A stretch of DNA of 16,253 bases from Saprospiraceae bacterium (GTDB taxonomy: Bacteria > Bacteroidota > Bacteroidia > Chitinophagales > Saprospiraceae). The position numbers and the translations under genes were made by a program. The notes under the pieces were generated by a model. That model was not told the DNA's origin, made no database searches, and saw only the letters and a list, made by a program, of their open reading frames with translations. Shown piece by piece: positions 1 to 6,830 of this stretch (within the stretch, counting starts at the first letter, position 1; every line of letters begins with the position of its first letter). The stretch spans positions 3,959 to 20,211 of the forward strand of contig JAHDHF010000038.1 of the NCBI GenBank assembly GCA_020631455.1, in the 5' to 3' direction.

Positions 1-66
1 GCGCAGCAGCGGCTAGGTTACCGTACTGCGAATAGCCCGACCGCAGCTCTGCTGCGGGCAGCCCCA
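1..66 (+). repeat. Family-B intergenic repeat, copy B1 (3' part; truncated by the window start)
   Basis: Positions 31-66 (aATAGCCCGACCGCAGCTCTGCTGCGGGCAGCCCCA) are essentially identical to 6773-6808. They include a 7-bp hairpin, CCGCAGC-tct-GCTGCGG (41-57). A copy-specific hairpin, CGCAG...CTGCG (2-30), precedes the conserved module. The element is GC-rich relative to the flanks and ends about 60 nt before the esterase start. Confidence 0.7.
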
Positions 67-125
67 CATATTTGTTTTTTGTATTCTGCTACGAACTGTA
101 TCTTCATGTCTCAATGCCTAAACCC

Positions 126-1826
126 ATGAAGCAGCTCTACGTTTTTTCACTTTTCTGTTTGTTTAGTTTTGCCATTTCGAGCTATGCGCAAGATTGTGCG
201 GGCGTCAGGTACATCGATCCGATCTTCTCAAATGTAATCGAAACGACAGGAGTGAAGTACGGCGAAGCCCGCGCCTACGGAGCTTTGTTTGATCAAGATC
301 TCAATCTTGACATCTATGAGCCTGATGGAGATACGCTCTCCAAGCGGCCAGTGATAGTCTTTATGTATGGCGGCGCATTTTTGATCGGCACTCGCAATCA
401 GCCTCCTATACCTGACTATGCGAGATATTTTGCTGAGCGCGGCTATGTGGTGGTGAGTATTCAATATCGTATTGGCTTCAATACGGTAAGCGGACAGAGC
501 GCTGAGCGAGCAGTCTATCGTGCTATTCAAGATCTCGATGCTGCTTTGCGCTACTTAGCGCAGCGCCGCTTTGGGTATCGCATCGATATAGGAAATATTA
601 TCACAACTGGTACAAGCGCAGGTAGCATTGCAGGTATTCACCACATGTTTCTGGAAGAGTCAGATCGTCCAGCTAGTACGTATGGTATTTTACTTGAGCC
701 AAATGATCTCGGTTGCTTCTCGTGTAGCGGCAATACGGATTTTGGCAGCCAACCAGTTTTTGCTAAAGCACACATCAATCACTGGGGCGCAATACTCGAT
801 ACAGCATTTATTGACGCGACTGACAATAATCCAGTACTGCATTTTCATGGCACAGGAGATGCGATCGTACAGTATGGAGCTGGCTCGCCATTTAGCTTAC
901 CGATTTGGCCATCGATGATGGGCAGCGGACTCATGCACCAACGCATGCAAAATCTCGGAATTCCATCTCAGCACACGCCGTGGTACGGCATCGGACATGA
1001 GCCAGAATTAACGAACGGCGATTATCTCGACACAATGAAATGGGAAGGTCGCGATTGGCTCTATGAAACACTCCGTCCACAGCTTGCGCCTATCTCAGGC
1101 ACAAACGCAATCTGTCAATATGAGACAATTACGTATTCTGTACCTGCTGATAATTCATCTACATTTTGCTGGGATGTCGTAGGCGGAACAATCATATCTG
1201 AAAATGCGAATGAGATCACAATCCAGTGGAATGCTGCTGGCAACTATTCAGTATCTGTAACTGAAGAAGCTTGCAATCTCTACGTGAGTGAGCAGCAATC
1301 TCTCAACATCACAGTTTATCCTGAGGCAGTTGCTGCCTTTGGTTGGGATTCGACATACTTGCAAGTTGATTTTGTCAATGGTTCTTCTACAAACAGTACT
1401 TCGTACCAATGGTCATTCGGCGATGGGACGACAAGCACGATGATGAATCCATCACACACGTATGCTGGGACAGGAAATTACCTTGTTGAGCTGATCGTGA
1501 CATCTGCTGATGGCTGCTCAGACACGACGACTCAAGTCGTGAGTGTGCAAGCTCAAATTGTCTCAACTCAAGAAGCTGCTACATTAACTGGTGTTTCAGT
1601 TGTGCCAACTCTCGTCGATCAGCAGCTCAATATCCAATTTGATGAACCACAAGATGTACAGATTCAGATCGTTGATCTACTCGGCGCAAGCATCTATGAG
1701 ATGAATTTCAATCAGGTACAAATGCAGAGCATTGATACTGATGCGTGGACTTCTGGACTTTATATTCTTGTCATTACAGCTACTGACGGCCGCCGCTATC
1801 AGCAGCAAATTGTCAAAGGAAAATAA
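126..1826 (+). CDS. Secreted alpha/beta-hydrolase (esterase/lipase, BD-FAE-like) with a PKD domain and a T9SS C-terminal sorting domain
   Basis: The long ORF 72..1826 has a signal-peptide-like N-terminus (MKQLYVFSLFCLFSFAISSYAQ). It carries the oxyanion-hole-like motif VFMYGGAF and the nucleophile elbow GTSAGS (GxSxG). A PKD-like block is present (WSFGDGTTS...NPSHTY). The last ~80 aa resemble a Por/T9SS sorting domain (...SGLYILVITATDGRRYQQQIVKGK). In-frame ATGs at 72 and 114 are alternative starts. Confidence 0.8.
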   Translation: MKQLYVFSLFCLFSFAISSYAQDCAGVRYIDPIFSNVIETTGVKYGEARAYGALFDQDLNLDIYEPDGDTLSKRPVIVFMYGGAFLIGTRNQPPIPDYARYFAERGYVVVSIQYRIGFNTVSGQSAERAVYRAIQDLDAALRYLAQRRFGYRIDIGNIITTGTSAGSIAGIHHMFLEESDRPASTYGILLEPNDLGCFSCSGNTDFGSQPVFAKAHINHWGAILDTAFIDATDNNPVLHFHGTGDAIVQYGAGSPFSLPIWPSMMGSGLMHQRMQNLGIPSQHTPWYGIGHEPELTNGDYLDTMKWEGRDWLYETLRPQLAPISGTNAICQYETITYSVPADNSSTFCWDVVGGTIISENANEITIQWNAAGNYSVSVTEEACNLYVSEQQSLNITVYPEAVAAFGWDSTYLQVDFVNGSSTNSTSYQWSFGDGTTSTMMNPSHTYAGTGNYLVELIVTSADGCSDTTTQVVSVQAQIVSTQEAATLTGVSVVPTLVDQQLNIQFDEPQDVQIQIVDLLGASIYEMNFNQVQMQSIDTDAWTSGLYILVITATDGRRYQQQIVKGK

Positions 1827-1937
1827 CCTTGTATTGCAAGACCAATGTTCATCGGATTTTTTGATACGTTTGACGTGTAGAGGATTCATTTTTCGTCTGA
1901 CTTATGCATATTCATGGCATAAATAAAGGAGGAAATT

Positions 1938-2477
1938 ATGCCTATTGTAGATCTCTTATTGTGGATTGGAATGGCGGCTGGAGGATTGATGATTCTCTTG
2001 ATGCTCGCCTCAATATTGGGCGGCCTTGACTTAGGCGGCGGAGATGTCGATATAGATATCGAAGGCGACGCAGATCCTGGACTTGGAATCGTAAAGTCCG
2101 CGCTGACATTTGTCAGCGTTGCTTCATTTACTGCACGAGCATTCATGCTCAATTCGAGTATTTCTAACGTACTCATCATTGGTGCGAGTATAATCGCTGG
2201 CAGCCTTGCCGTCATGATTTTGACTGTTGTGCTCAAGCTTTTATTGAGCAATCAAGAAACTGGAAATTGGAATATGTCCGACGCCGTCGGCTTACCAGCC
2301 AATGTCTACATCCCAATTGCAAAAAATGGCTTCGGTCGTGTCATCGTAAAGATCAATGATGCAGATCGCGAAATCAATGCGCGTAGTGAAAGTGGCAAAG
2401 CACTTTCTACCAATACCCGTGTCCTCGTTATTGATGCCAACGAAGACCACCTTACTGTTGTACCTGTTAAAGATTAA
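1938..2477 (+). CDS. NfeD-like / YqiJ-like membrane protein (flotillin-associated, C-terminal OB-fold)
   Basis: It has N-terminal hydrophobic helices and a C-terminal beta-rich segment (GRVIVKINDADREINARSESGKALSTNTRVLVIDANEDHLTVVPV) typical of NfeD short forms. It ends 13 nt before a flotillin gene, matching the yqiJ-yqiK arrangement. An SD-like AAGGAGG lies 5 nt upstream of the ATG. Confidence 0.6.
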   Translation: MPIVDLLLWIGMAAGGLMILLMLASILGGLDLGGGDVDIDIEGDADPGLGIVKSALTFVSVASFTARAFMLNSSISNVLIIGASIIAGSLAVMILTVVLKLLLSNQETGNWNMSDAVGLPANVYIPIAKNGFGRVIVKINDADREINARSESGKALSTNTRVLVIDANEDHLTVVPVKD

Positions 2478-2490
2478 AAACCCTCATTCT

Positions 2491-4107
2491 ATGAAAAAAC
2501 AACTTTTAAAATATGCTCTCATAGCGATTGCTGCATTGTCTCCGACGATGCTCATGGCACAAGATCCACTCAGCGGGATCATGTCGATTGGATTGCCTGT
2601 GATTTTTGTGATTGTCTTGATCGTCATGATTTTGTTCTTCTTCGTCAGTCGATACAAACGCTGCCCATCTGACAAAATCCTTGTCATATATGGTAAGACT
2701 GGACAAGGCTCTGCAAAATGTATTCATGGTGGAGCCGCATTCATCATGCCGATTTTTCAAGACTATCAGTACTTGGATCTTCAGCCGATGTCAATAGATG
2801 TTAATCTAAGCGATGCACTCTCCAAGCAGAATATCCGTGTCTCTGTGCCATCACAGTTTACTGTTGCGATCAGCAACAAGCCGAACTTGATGAAAGCAGC
2901 TGCCGAGCGCCTCCTTGGCATGAAGCGTCCTGCAGTCGTCAGTCTCGCAGAAGATATCATCATGGGTCAGATGCGTCTCGTTATCGCCAATATGGACATC
3001 GAAGAGCTCAACACCGACCGTGACAAATTCGTCAGCTCTGTATTTGAGCATGTTGGAAACGAGCTGCACAAAGTCGGTCTCGATTTGATCAACGTCAACG
3101 TCCGCGATATCCATGATGAGTCAGGCTATATCCGCGCACTCGGACAAGAAGCTGCTGCCAAAGCAATCAACGAAGCGAAGGTCAAAGTAGCACTCGAAGA
3201 GCGTACTGGTGCTATCGGTCAAGCATCAGCTGCACGCGAGCGCCGTACAGAAGTCGCAGCTGCCAACTCACTCGCTGAGATCGGTGAGAAAAATGCCGAA
3301 GCAGATGCGATCAAGGGTAAAAACCTTGCTGACATCCAAGTCGCCGAATCTGATGCCGAGCGTCGTCGTCAAGTCGCAGCTGCCAACTCACTCGCAGAAG
3401 TCGGTGAAAAAAATGCCGAAGCAAGCGAGATTAAAGGAAAGAACCTTGCGAACATCGACATCGCTGAATCTGACGCAGAGCGTCGAATGAAAGTCGCCGA
3501 GTCAAATCGCAGCGCCGAAGTCGCTGAAAAGACGGCAAAAGCTGCTGCTGAAAAAGCAGCCTATCTCGCGCAAAAAGATGCCGAAGAAGCAAAAGGTCTC
3601 CGCGAACTCGCAGCACGCCGTGCAGACGAAGTCGTCCACTCAGAGATTGCCAAAGAAAAGGCGATCATAGATGCACAAGCAGAAGCAGAGCGCCAGCGAC
3701 TCGTCGCACAAGGAGAAGCCGATGCCGAGCTTGCTAAGTTCAAGGCACAGGCGGAAGGTATCCGCGAAGTCCTTGATGCACAGGCAGAAGGTTTCCTCAA
3801 CCTAGTCAAAGCATCGGGCGACAATCCTGAAGCTGCGATCGGCCTCTTGCTCGTCGATAAGATCCCTGAGCTCGCGAAGATTCAGGCTGACGCGATCAAG
3901 AACATCAAATTTGACAAAGTCACTGTCTTTGACGGCGGCAATGGCGACGGCGTCAGCAATATGCTCAATGGCGTTTTCAAGTCGGTTCCTGCGCTCGAGG
4001 ATTTCCTCAAGCAGAGCGGCATGGGCTTGCCAGAATTTTTGGCGAAGACGACGTCAAACAATGATGATAAAAAACTCCCGCCAGCTGAAGACCTGAAAGC
4101 CGAGTAA
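2491..4107 (+). CDS. Flotillin family protein (SPFH/band-7 domain, YqiK-like)
   Basis: An N-terminal TM helix is followed by an SPFH domain (KCIHGGAAFIMPIFQDYQYLDLQPMSIDVNLSDALSKQNIRVSV...) and a long Ala/Glu-rich coiled-coil flotillin region. The in-frame ATG at 2581 (MSIGLP...) is an alternative start. The ORF-track start at 2356 overlaps the upstream gene and is rejected. Confidence 0.85.
   Translation: MKKQLLKYALIAIAALSPTMLMAQDPLSGIMSIGLPVIFVIVLIVMILFFFVSRYKRCPSDKILVIYGKTGQGSAKCIHGGAAFIMPIFQDYQYLDLQPMSIDVNLSDALSKQNIRVSVPSQFTVAISNKPNLMKAAAERLLGMKRPAVVSLAEDIIMGQMRLVIANMDIEELNTDRDKFVSSVFEHVGNELHKVGLDLINVNVRDIHDESGYIRALGQEAAAKAINEAKVKVALEERTGAIGQASAARERRTEVAAANSLAEIGEKNAEADAIKGKNLADIQVAESDAERRRQVAAANSLAEVGEKNAEASEIKGKNLANIDIAESDAERRMKVAESNRSAEVAEKTAKAAAEKAAYLAQKDAEEAKGLRELAARRADEVVHSEIAKEKAIIDAQAEAERQRLVAQGEADAELAKFKAQAEGIREVLDAQAEGFLNLVKASGDNPEAAIGLLLVDKIPELAKIQADAIKNIKFDKVTVFDGGNGDGVSNMLNGVFKSVPALEDFLKQSGMGLPEFLAKTTSNNDDKKLPPAEDLKAE
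3241..3480 (+). repeat. In-frame tandem duplication (2 x 120 bp; a decayed third unit may follow at 3481-3540) inside the flotillin coiled-coil region
   Basis: Units 3241-3360 and 3361-3480 are about 80% identical at the nucleotide level. They encode RRTEVAAANSLAEIGEKNAEADAIKGKNLADIQVAESDAE and RRRQVAAANSLAEVGEKNAEASEIKGKNLANIDIAESDAE. Confidence 0.8.
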
Positions 4108-4144
4108 TAATTCATTCTGTAGCATTTTCCATCAACTTATTATG

Positions 4145-4290
4145 ATGGGCCATCCGCCATCTCGACTGCGTCGAGATGGCGGTCGCTATGTTACGCAGCT
4201 CGCTATTCGCTCGGCTGCTCCAGCAGAGCTGTCGCATCTGCCGCTTTGCGGCACTGCTGCACAGCGCTTGTCCGAGGCAGCTGTCTTTGG
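4145..4290 (+). repeat. Family-A intergenic repeat, copy A1
   Basis: It starts with ATGGGCCATCC, followed by a perfect 13-bp hairpin (CCGCCATCTCGAC-tgc-GTCGAGATGGCGG, 4154-4182). The conserved core then follows: GGTCGCTATGtTaCGcaGCTCGCTATTCGCTCGGC...GCAGCGCTTGTCC. The element is GC-rich, and a GC-rich tail continues to about 4420. Confidence 0.75.
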
Positions 4291-4464
4291 CGTAGGGATG
4301 GTAAGGGGCGCGCAATGAAATGAAGCGCTCGCAAGCGTAGCGATGTGATGAGCGAAAAGCGAAACCCTGAATCAGCCCGCCGCGACGATGTGCTTGCACA
4401 AGGAGCGGACGCCCCTACTCATTCGTTTGTATCATCAAAGCTGCTTGTATCTTTACCTGAAAGT

Positions 4465-4995
4465 ATGACGACCCAAAAAACAGAAACCGCGACGCCTGTC
4501 ATCGAGACTGAGCGCCTGATTTTGCGAGAATTTCAGCTCACCGATGCTGAATTTCTCTACGAGCTCAATGCTGATCCAGAAGTCATTCAATTTACTGGCG
4601 ATCCGGCTTTTGCGTCCGTGCAAGAAGCGGCTGACTTGATCAAAAACTACGATCAGTACAAGCTCTACGGCTATGGTCGCTGGTCGGTCATCACCAAAGA
4701 GGGCAATCAATTTATCGGCTGGTGCGGGCTCAAAAATCATCCAAAAGAAGGCTTTATTGATCTTGGCTATCGCCTCTTTAAATCTGCTTGGGGCAATGGC
4801 TACGCTACCGAAGCTGCTAAGGCTTGTCTCGAGTACGGTCACTACGAGCTGGGCATGAAGGAGATCGTCGCCCGCGTCTTACCAGAAAATAAAGCAAGCA
4901 TCCGCGTGATCGAAAAAATCGGCATGACGTATTTCAAAACAGGAACATGCGGTCACGATCATGACAATGCACTCTATTATAAAAGTCTTCGCTAG
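4465..4995 (+). CDS. GNAT family N-acetyltransferase (RimJ/RimL-like)
   Basis: The N-terminus ETERLILREFQLTDAEFLYELNADPEVIQF plus the acetyl-CoA-binding region are typical of the Acetyltransf_3 GNAT family. The ORF-track start at 4345 runs through the family-A repeat, so the start at ATG 4465 (MTTQKTE...) is preferred. Confidence 0.7.
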   Translation: MTTQKTETATPVIETERLILREFQLTDAEFLYELNADPEVIQFTGDPAFASVQEAADLIKNYDQYKLYGYGRWSVITKEGNQFIGWCGLKNHPKEGFIDLGYRLFKSAWGNGYATEAAKACLEYGHYELGMKEIVARVLPENKASIRVIEKIGMTYFKTGTCGHDHDNALYYKSLR

Positions 4996-5004
4996 AACTA
5001 CATT

Positions 5005-6072
5005 ATGGCATCTTCTAAGTCAAAAATCATCTGGGCAGTTCTTACCGTTCTCTTTGTCATTGGTCTGGGTGTAGCGTGGTTTGGGTATTCGCGTATCCTC
5101 AAGCCTAATGTGCCAAGCAGCCTCAGCAATGAGATCTTACAAGTGCCTCGTGGACTCGACTACACGCAATACGTTGATCTGCTCGATGAAAAAGGAATCC
5201 TAAAAGATCGAAGCACATTTGAGTGGACTGCCAAGCAAATGAAATTTGATAAGCGGACGCCACGCAGCGGGCAGTTCAAAATTCCGGCTGACGCAAACAA
5301 TCTCGAGCTGATTCGCTTCCTGCGAAGCGCAGCACAAGAGCCAGTCAAATACACGATTAACTCAAAGCGTTTGCTTAGCGACATTGCCGCTGCCAATGCC
5401 GAGCAGCTTGAAGCTGATTCGGCTGCGTTTATGGCGGCATTTACTGATGCTGATCTGCTCAAAGAACTCGAGCTCACACCCGAAACTGTCATCGCTGCTA
5501 TCATTCCGAACACGTACAATCTGTATTGGAACATCTTGCCTGAAGATTATCTCAAGCGGATGGTCAAGGAGCGAGATGCCTTCTGGAGCAAAAATGGCCG
5601 CCTCAACAAGGCCAAAAAACTCAACATGACGCCGACGCAGGTCACGATCCTCGCGAGTATCGTACAAAAGGAAACAAACTACAATCCTGAAAAGCGACGC
5701 ATGGCTGGCGTCTATTACAATCGCTTCCTCGGCAAGCAAGGTATCCGCAAGCTGCAAGCTGATCCGACTGTTGTCTTTGCTGTTGGGGATTTTACGCTGC
5801 GCCGCGTACTCAATGAGCATCTCGAATACGACTCGCCGTACAATACGTATATGTACGAAGGGCTGCCGCCAGGCCCAATCGCGCAGCCTGATATCTACAC
5901 GATCGACGCAACATTAGAATTAGAATTACATGATTATATGTATTTCTGCGCTGCGCCAAATCACAGCGGTTCACACCTTTTTGCTCGCAGCCTCAATCAG
6001 CATAATGTCAATGCACGCAAATATCGCAGCTGGCGCTATTCGCCTGAATACGAACGATCGCTGAGGGATTGA
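5005..6072 (+). CDS. mltG: Endolytic murein transglycosylase MltG (YceG family)
   Basis: It has an N-terminal TM helix and the YceG signature region ILASIVQKETNYNPEKRRMAGVYYNRFLGKQGIRKLQADPTVVFAVGD. Confidence 0.8.
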   Translation: MASSKSKIIWAVLTVLFVIGLGVAWFGYSRILKPNVPSSLSNEILQVPRGLDYTQYVDLLDEKGILKDRSTFEWTAKQMKFDKRTPRSGQFKIPADANNLELIRFLRSAAQEPVKYTINSKRLLSDIAAANAEQLEADSAAFMAAFTDADLLKELELTPETVIAAIIPNTYNLYWNILPEDYLKRMVKERDAFWSKNGRLNKAKKLNMTPTQVTILASIVQKETNYNPEKRRMAGVYYNRFLGKQGIRKLQADPTVVFAVGDFTLRRVLNEHLEYDSPYNTYMYEGLPPGPIAQPDIYTIDATLELELHDYMYFCAAPNHSGSHLFARSLNQHNVNARKYRSWRYSPEYERSLRD

Positions 6073-6104
6073 CGTTTTTTTGACTAAATTCGTATTAACT
6101 CATT

Positions 6105-6332
6105 ATGAAATATTCTGACCGCATAACAATAGATCCAAATATCTGTCATGGCAAGCCGTGCATACGTGGTATGCGTTGGCCTGTTGAAGTTGTATTGGAT
6201 ATGCTTTTGTCTGATATGACGATTGAGACAATTCTTGAGGATCATCCAGAGCTTGAAAAAGAAGATATTCTAGCGAGTCTCGAATATGCAAAACTGCTTG
6301 TCTCGGGCAGAACAGTGAATCAGGCTGCTTAG
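6105..6332 (+). CDS. DUF433 domain protein (putative antitoxin)
   Basis: ITIDPNICHGKPCIRGMRWPVEVVLDMLLSDMTIETILEDHPELEKEDILASLEYA matches the DUF433 pattern. Its stop lies 2 nt before the next ATG. Confidence 0.75.
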   Translation: MKYSDRITIDPNICHGKPCIRGMRWPVEVVLDMLLSDMTIETILEDHPELEKEDILASLEYAKLLVSGRTVNQAA

Positions 6333-6334
6333 GA

Positions 6335-6691
6335 ATGAAAATTCTTTGCGATGTACATATATCATTTAAGATTGTGAAGTTTCTACAATCGAAAAATATT
6401 CACGCCATTCATGTAAATGATATTTTGGATGGAGACAAAACAAAAGACCAAGAAATTTGCAATTTTGCTGATCAAAATAGTTTTGTAGTATTATCAAAAG
6501 ACGCTGATTTTAAAAATAGTCATTTCATTAAAGAATCTCCCAGACAATTATTAAAAATTAATCTTGGAAATATTTCTACGAAATCATTAATTGACATTTT
6601 AGAATATCATTTGGAAGTATTAAAAACAGAATTTACTAATCCTATGTGCTGCATAGAATTATCGCAAAATAGAATTGAAATATTCAATTGA
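6335..6691 (+). CDS. DUF5615 domain protein (PIN-like/Mut7-C fold; putative toxin partnered with DUF433)
   Basis: MKILCDVHISFKIVKFLQSKNIHAIHVNDILDG...VVLSKDADF fits the DUF5615 pattern. It is translationally coupled to the DUF433 gene and is very AT-rich (about 30% GC by eye). Confidence 0.7.
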   Translation: MKILCDVHISFKIVKFLQSKNIHAIHVNDILDGDKTKDQEICNFADQNSFVVLSKDADFKNSHFIKESPRQLLKINLGNISTKSLIDILEYHLEVLKTEFTNPMCCIELSQNRIEIFN

Positions 6692-6710
6692 TATTCTTGT
6701 GCTTTTCCTA

Positions 6711-6808
6711 GGCTGAGGGATAGAAGGCGTTGTTTGAACTCAGCGCGACCTTGGAGCGCTGAGAGAGTGCCGGATAGCCCGACCGCAGCTCTGCTGCGGG
6801 CAGCCCCA
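6711..6808 (+). repeat. Family-B intergenic repeat, copy B2 (complete)
   Basis: A 5' core GGCTGAGGGATAGaAGGCgtTG is shared with 16230-16253. A copy-specific 8-bp hairpin follows (CTCAGCGC-gaccttgga-GCGCTGAG, 6739-6763). The 3' module GGATAGCCCGACCGCAGCTCTGCTGCGGGCAGCCCCA is identical to 31-66. The element ends 22 nt before the helicase ATG. Confidence 0.8.
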
Positions 6809-6830
6809 AATCATCATGTACATTTGTGGT

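Noticed and set aside
41-57. CCGCAGC-tct-GCTGCGG hairpin of the family-B 3' module as a Rho-independent terminator
   Set aside because: It is not followed directly by a T-tract; in B1 the T-run starts 8 nt later, after CCCCACATA, and in B2 none follows. It sits upstream of gene starts rather than after stops, and the preceding gene in B2 already ends 120 nt earlier.
228-918. ORFs 228..530(-) and 628..918(+) overlapping the esterase gene
   Set aside because: They are antisense or out-of-frame ORFs fully embedded in a well-supported coding region, with no recognisable motifs.
2356-2490. Long N-terminal extension of the flotillin ORF (start 2356) overlapping the NfeD-like gene
   Set aside because: It overlaps the upstream gene by 120 nt in another frame. 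The extension has no flotillin-like sequence, and ATG 2491 gives a canonical short N-terminus plus TM helix.
2851-3824. ORFs 2851..3114(-), 3209..3490(+), 3431..3616(-) and 3561..3824(-) inside the flotillin gene
   Set aside because: They are artefacts of the Ala/Glu-rich, GC-rich repeat region, which has low stop-codon density in alternative frames. The 3209..3490 ORF is itself internally repetitive because it reads the tandem duplication out of frame.
4186-4308. Small ORFs of 39-40 aa starting at the ATG inside each family-A repeat (4184..4306, 8959..9078, 14078..), as a possible conserved micro-protein family
   Set aside because: The reading frame relative to the conserved nucleotide core is shifted between A1 and A2/A3. 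The conserved segments are rich in compensatory hairpins, and the ATG is part of a hairpin arm. This is better explained as a non-coding structured element.
4345-4464. N-terminal 40-aa extension of the GNAT ORF (MMSEKRNPESARRDDVLAQGADAPTHS...)
   Set aside because: It is encoded by the GC-rich repeat tail. GNAT RimJ/RimL-like proteins begin close to the ERLILR motif, and ATG 4465 fits.
5160-5820. ORFs 5160..5534(-), 5362..5820(-) and 5384..5629(+) inside mltG
   Set aside because: They are embedded alternative-frame ORFs with no domain signatures. mltG has clear YceG motifs in the + frame.
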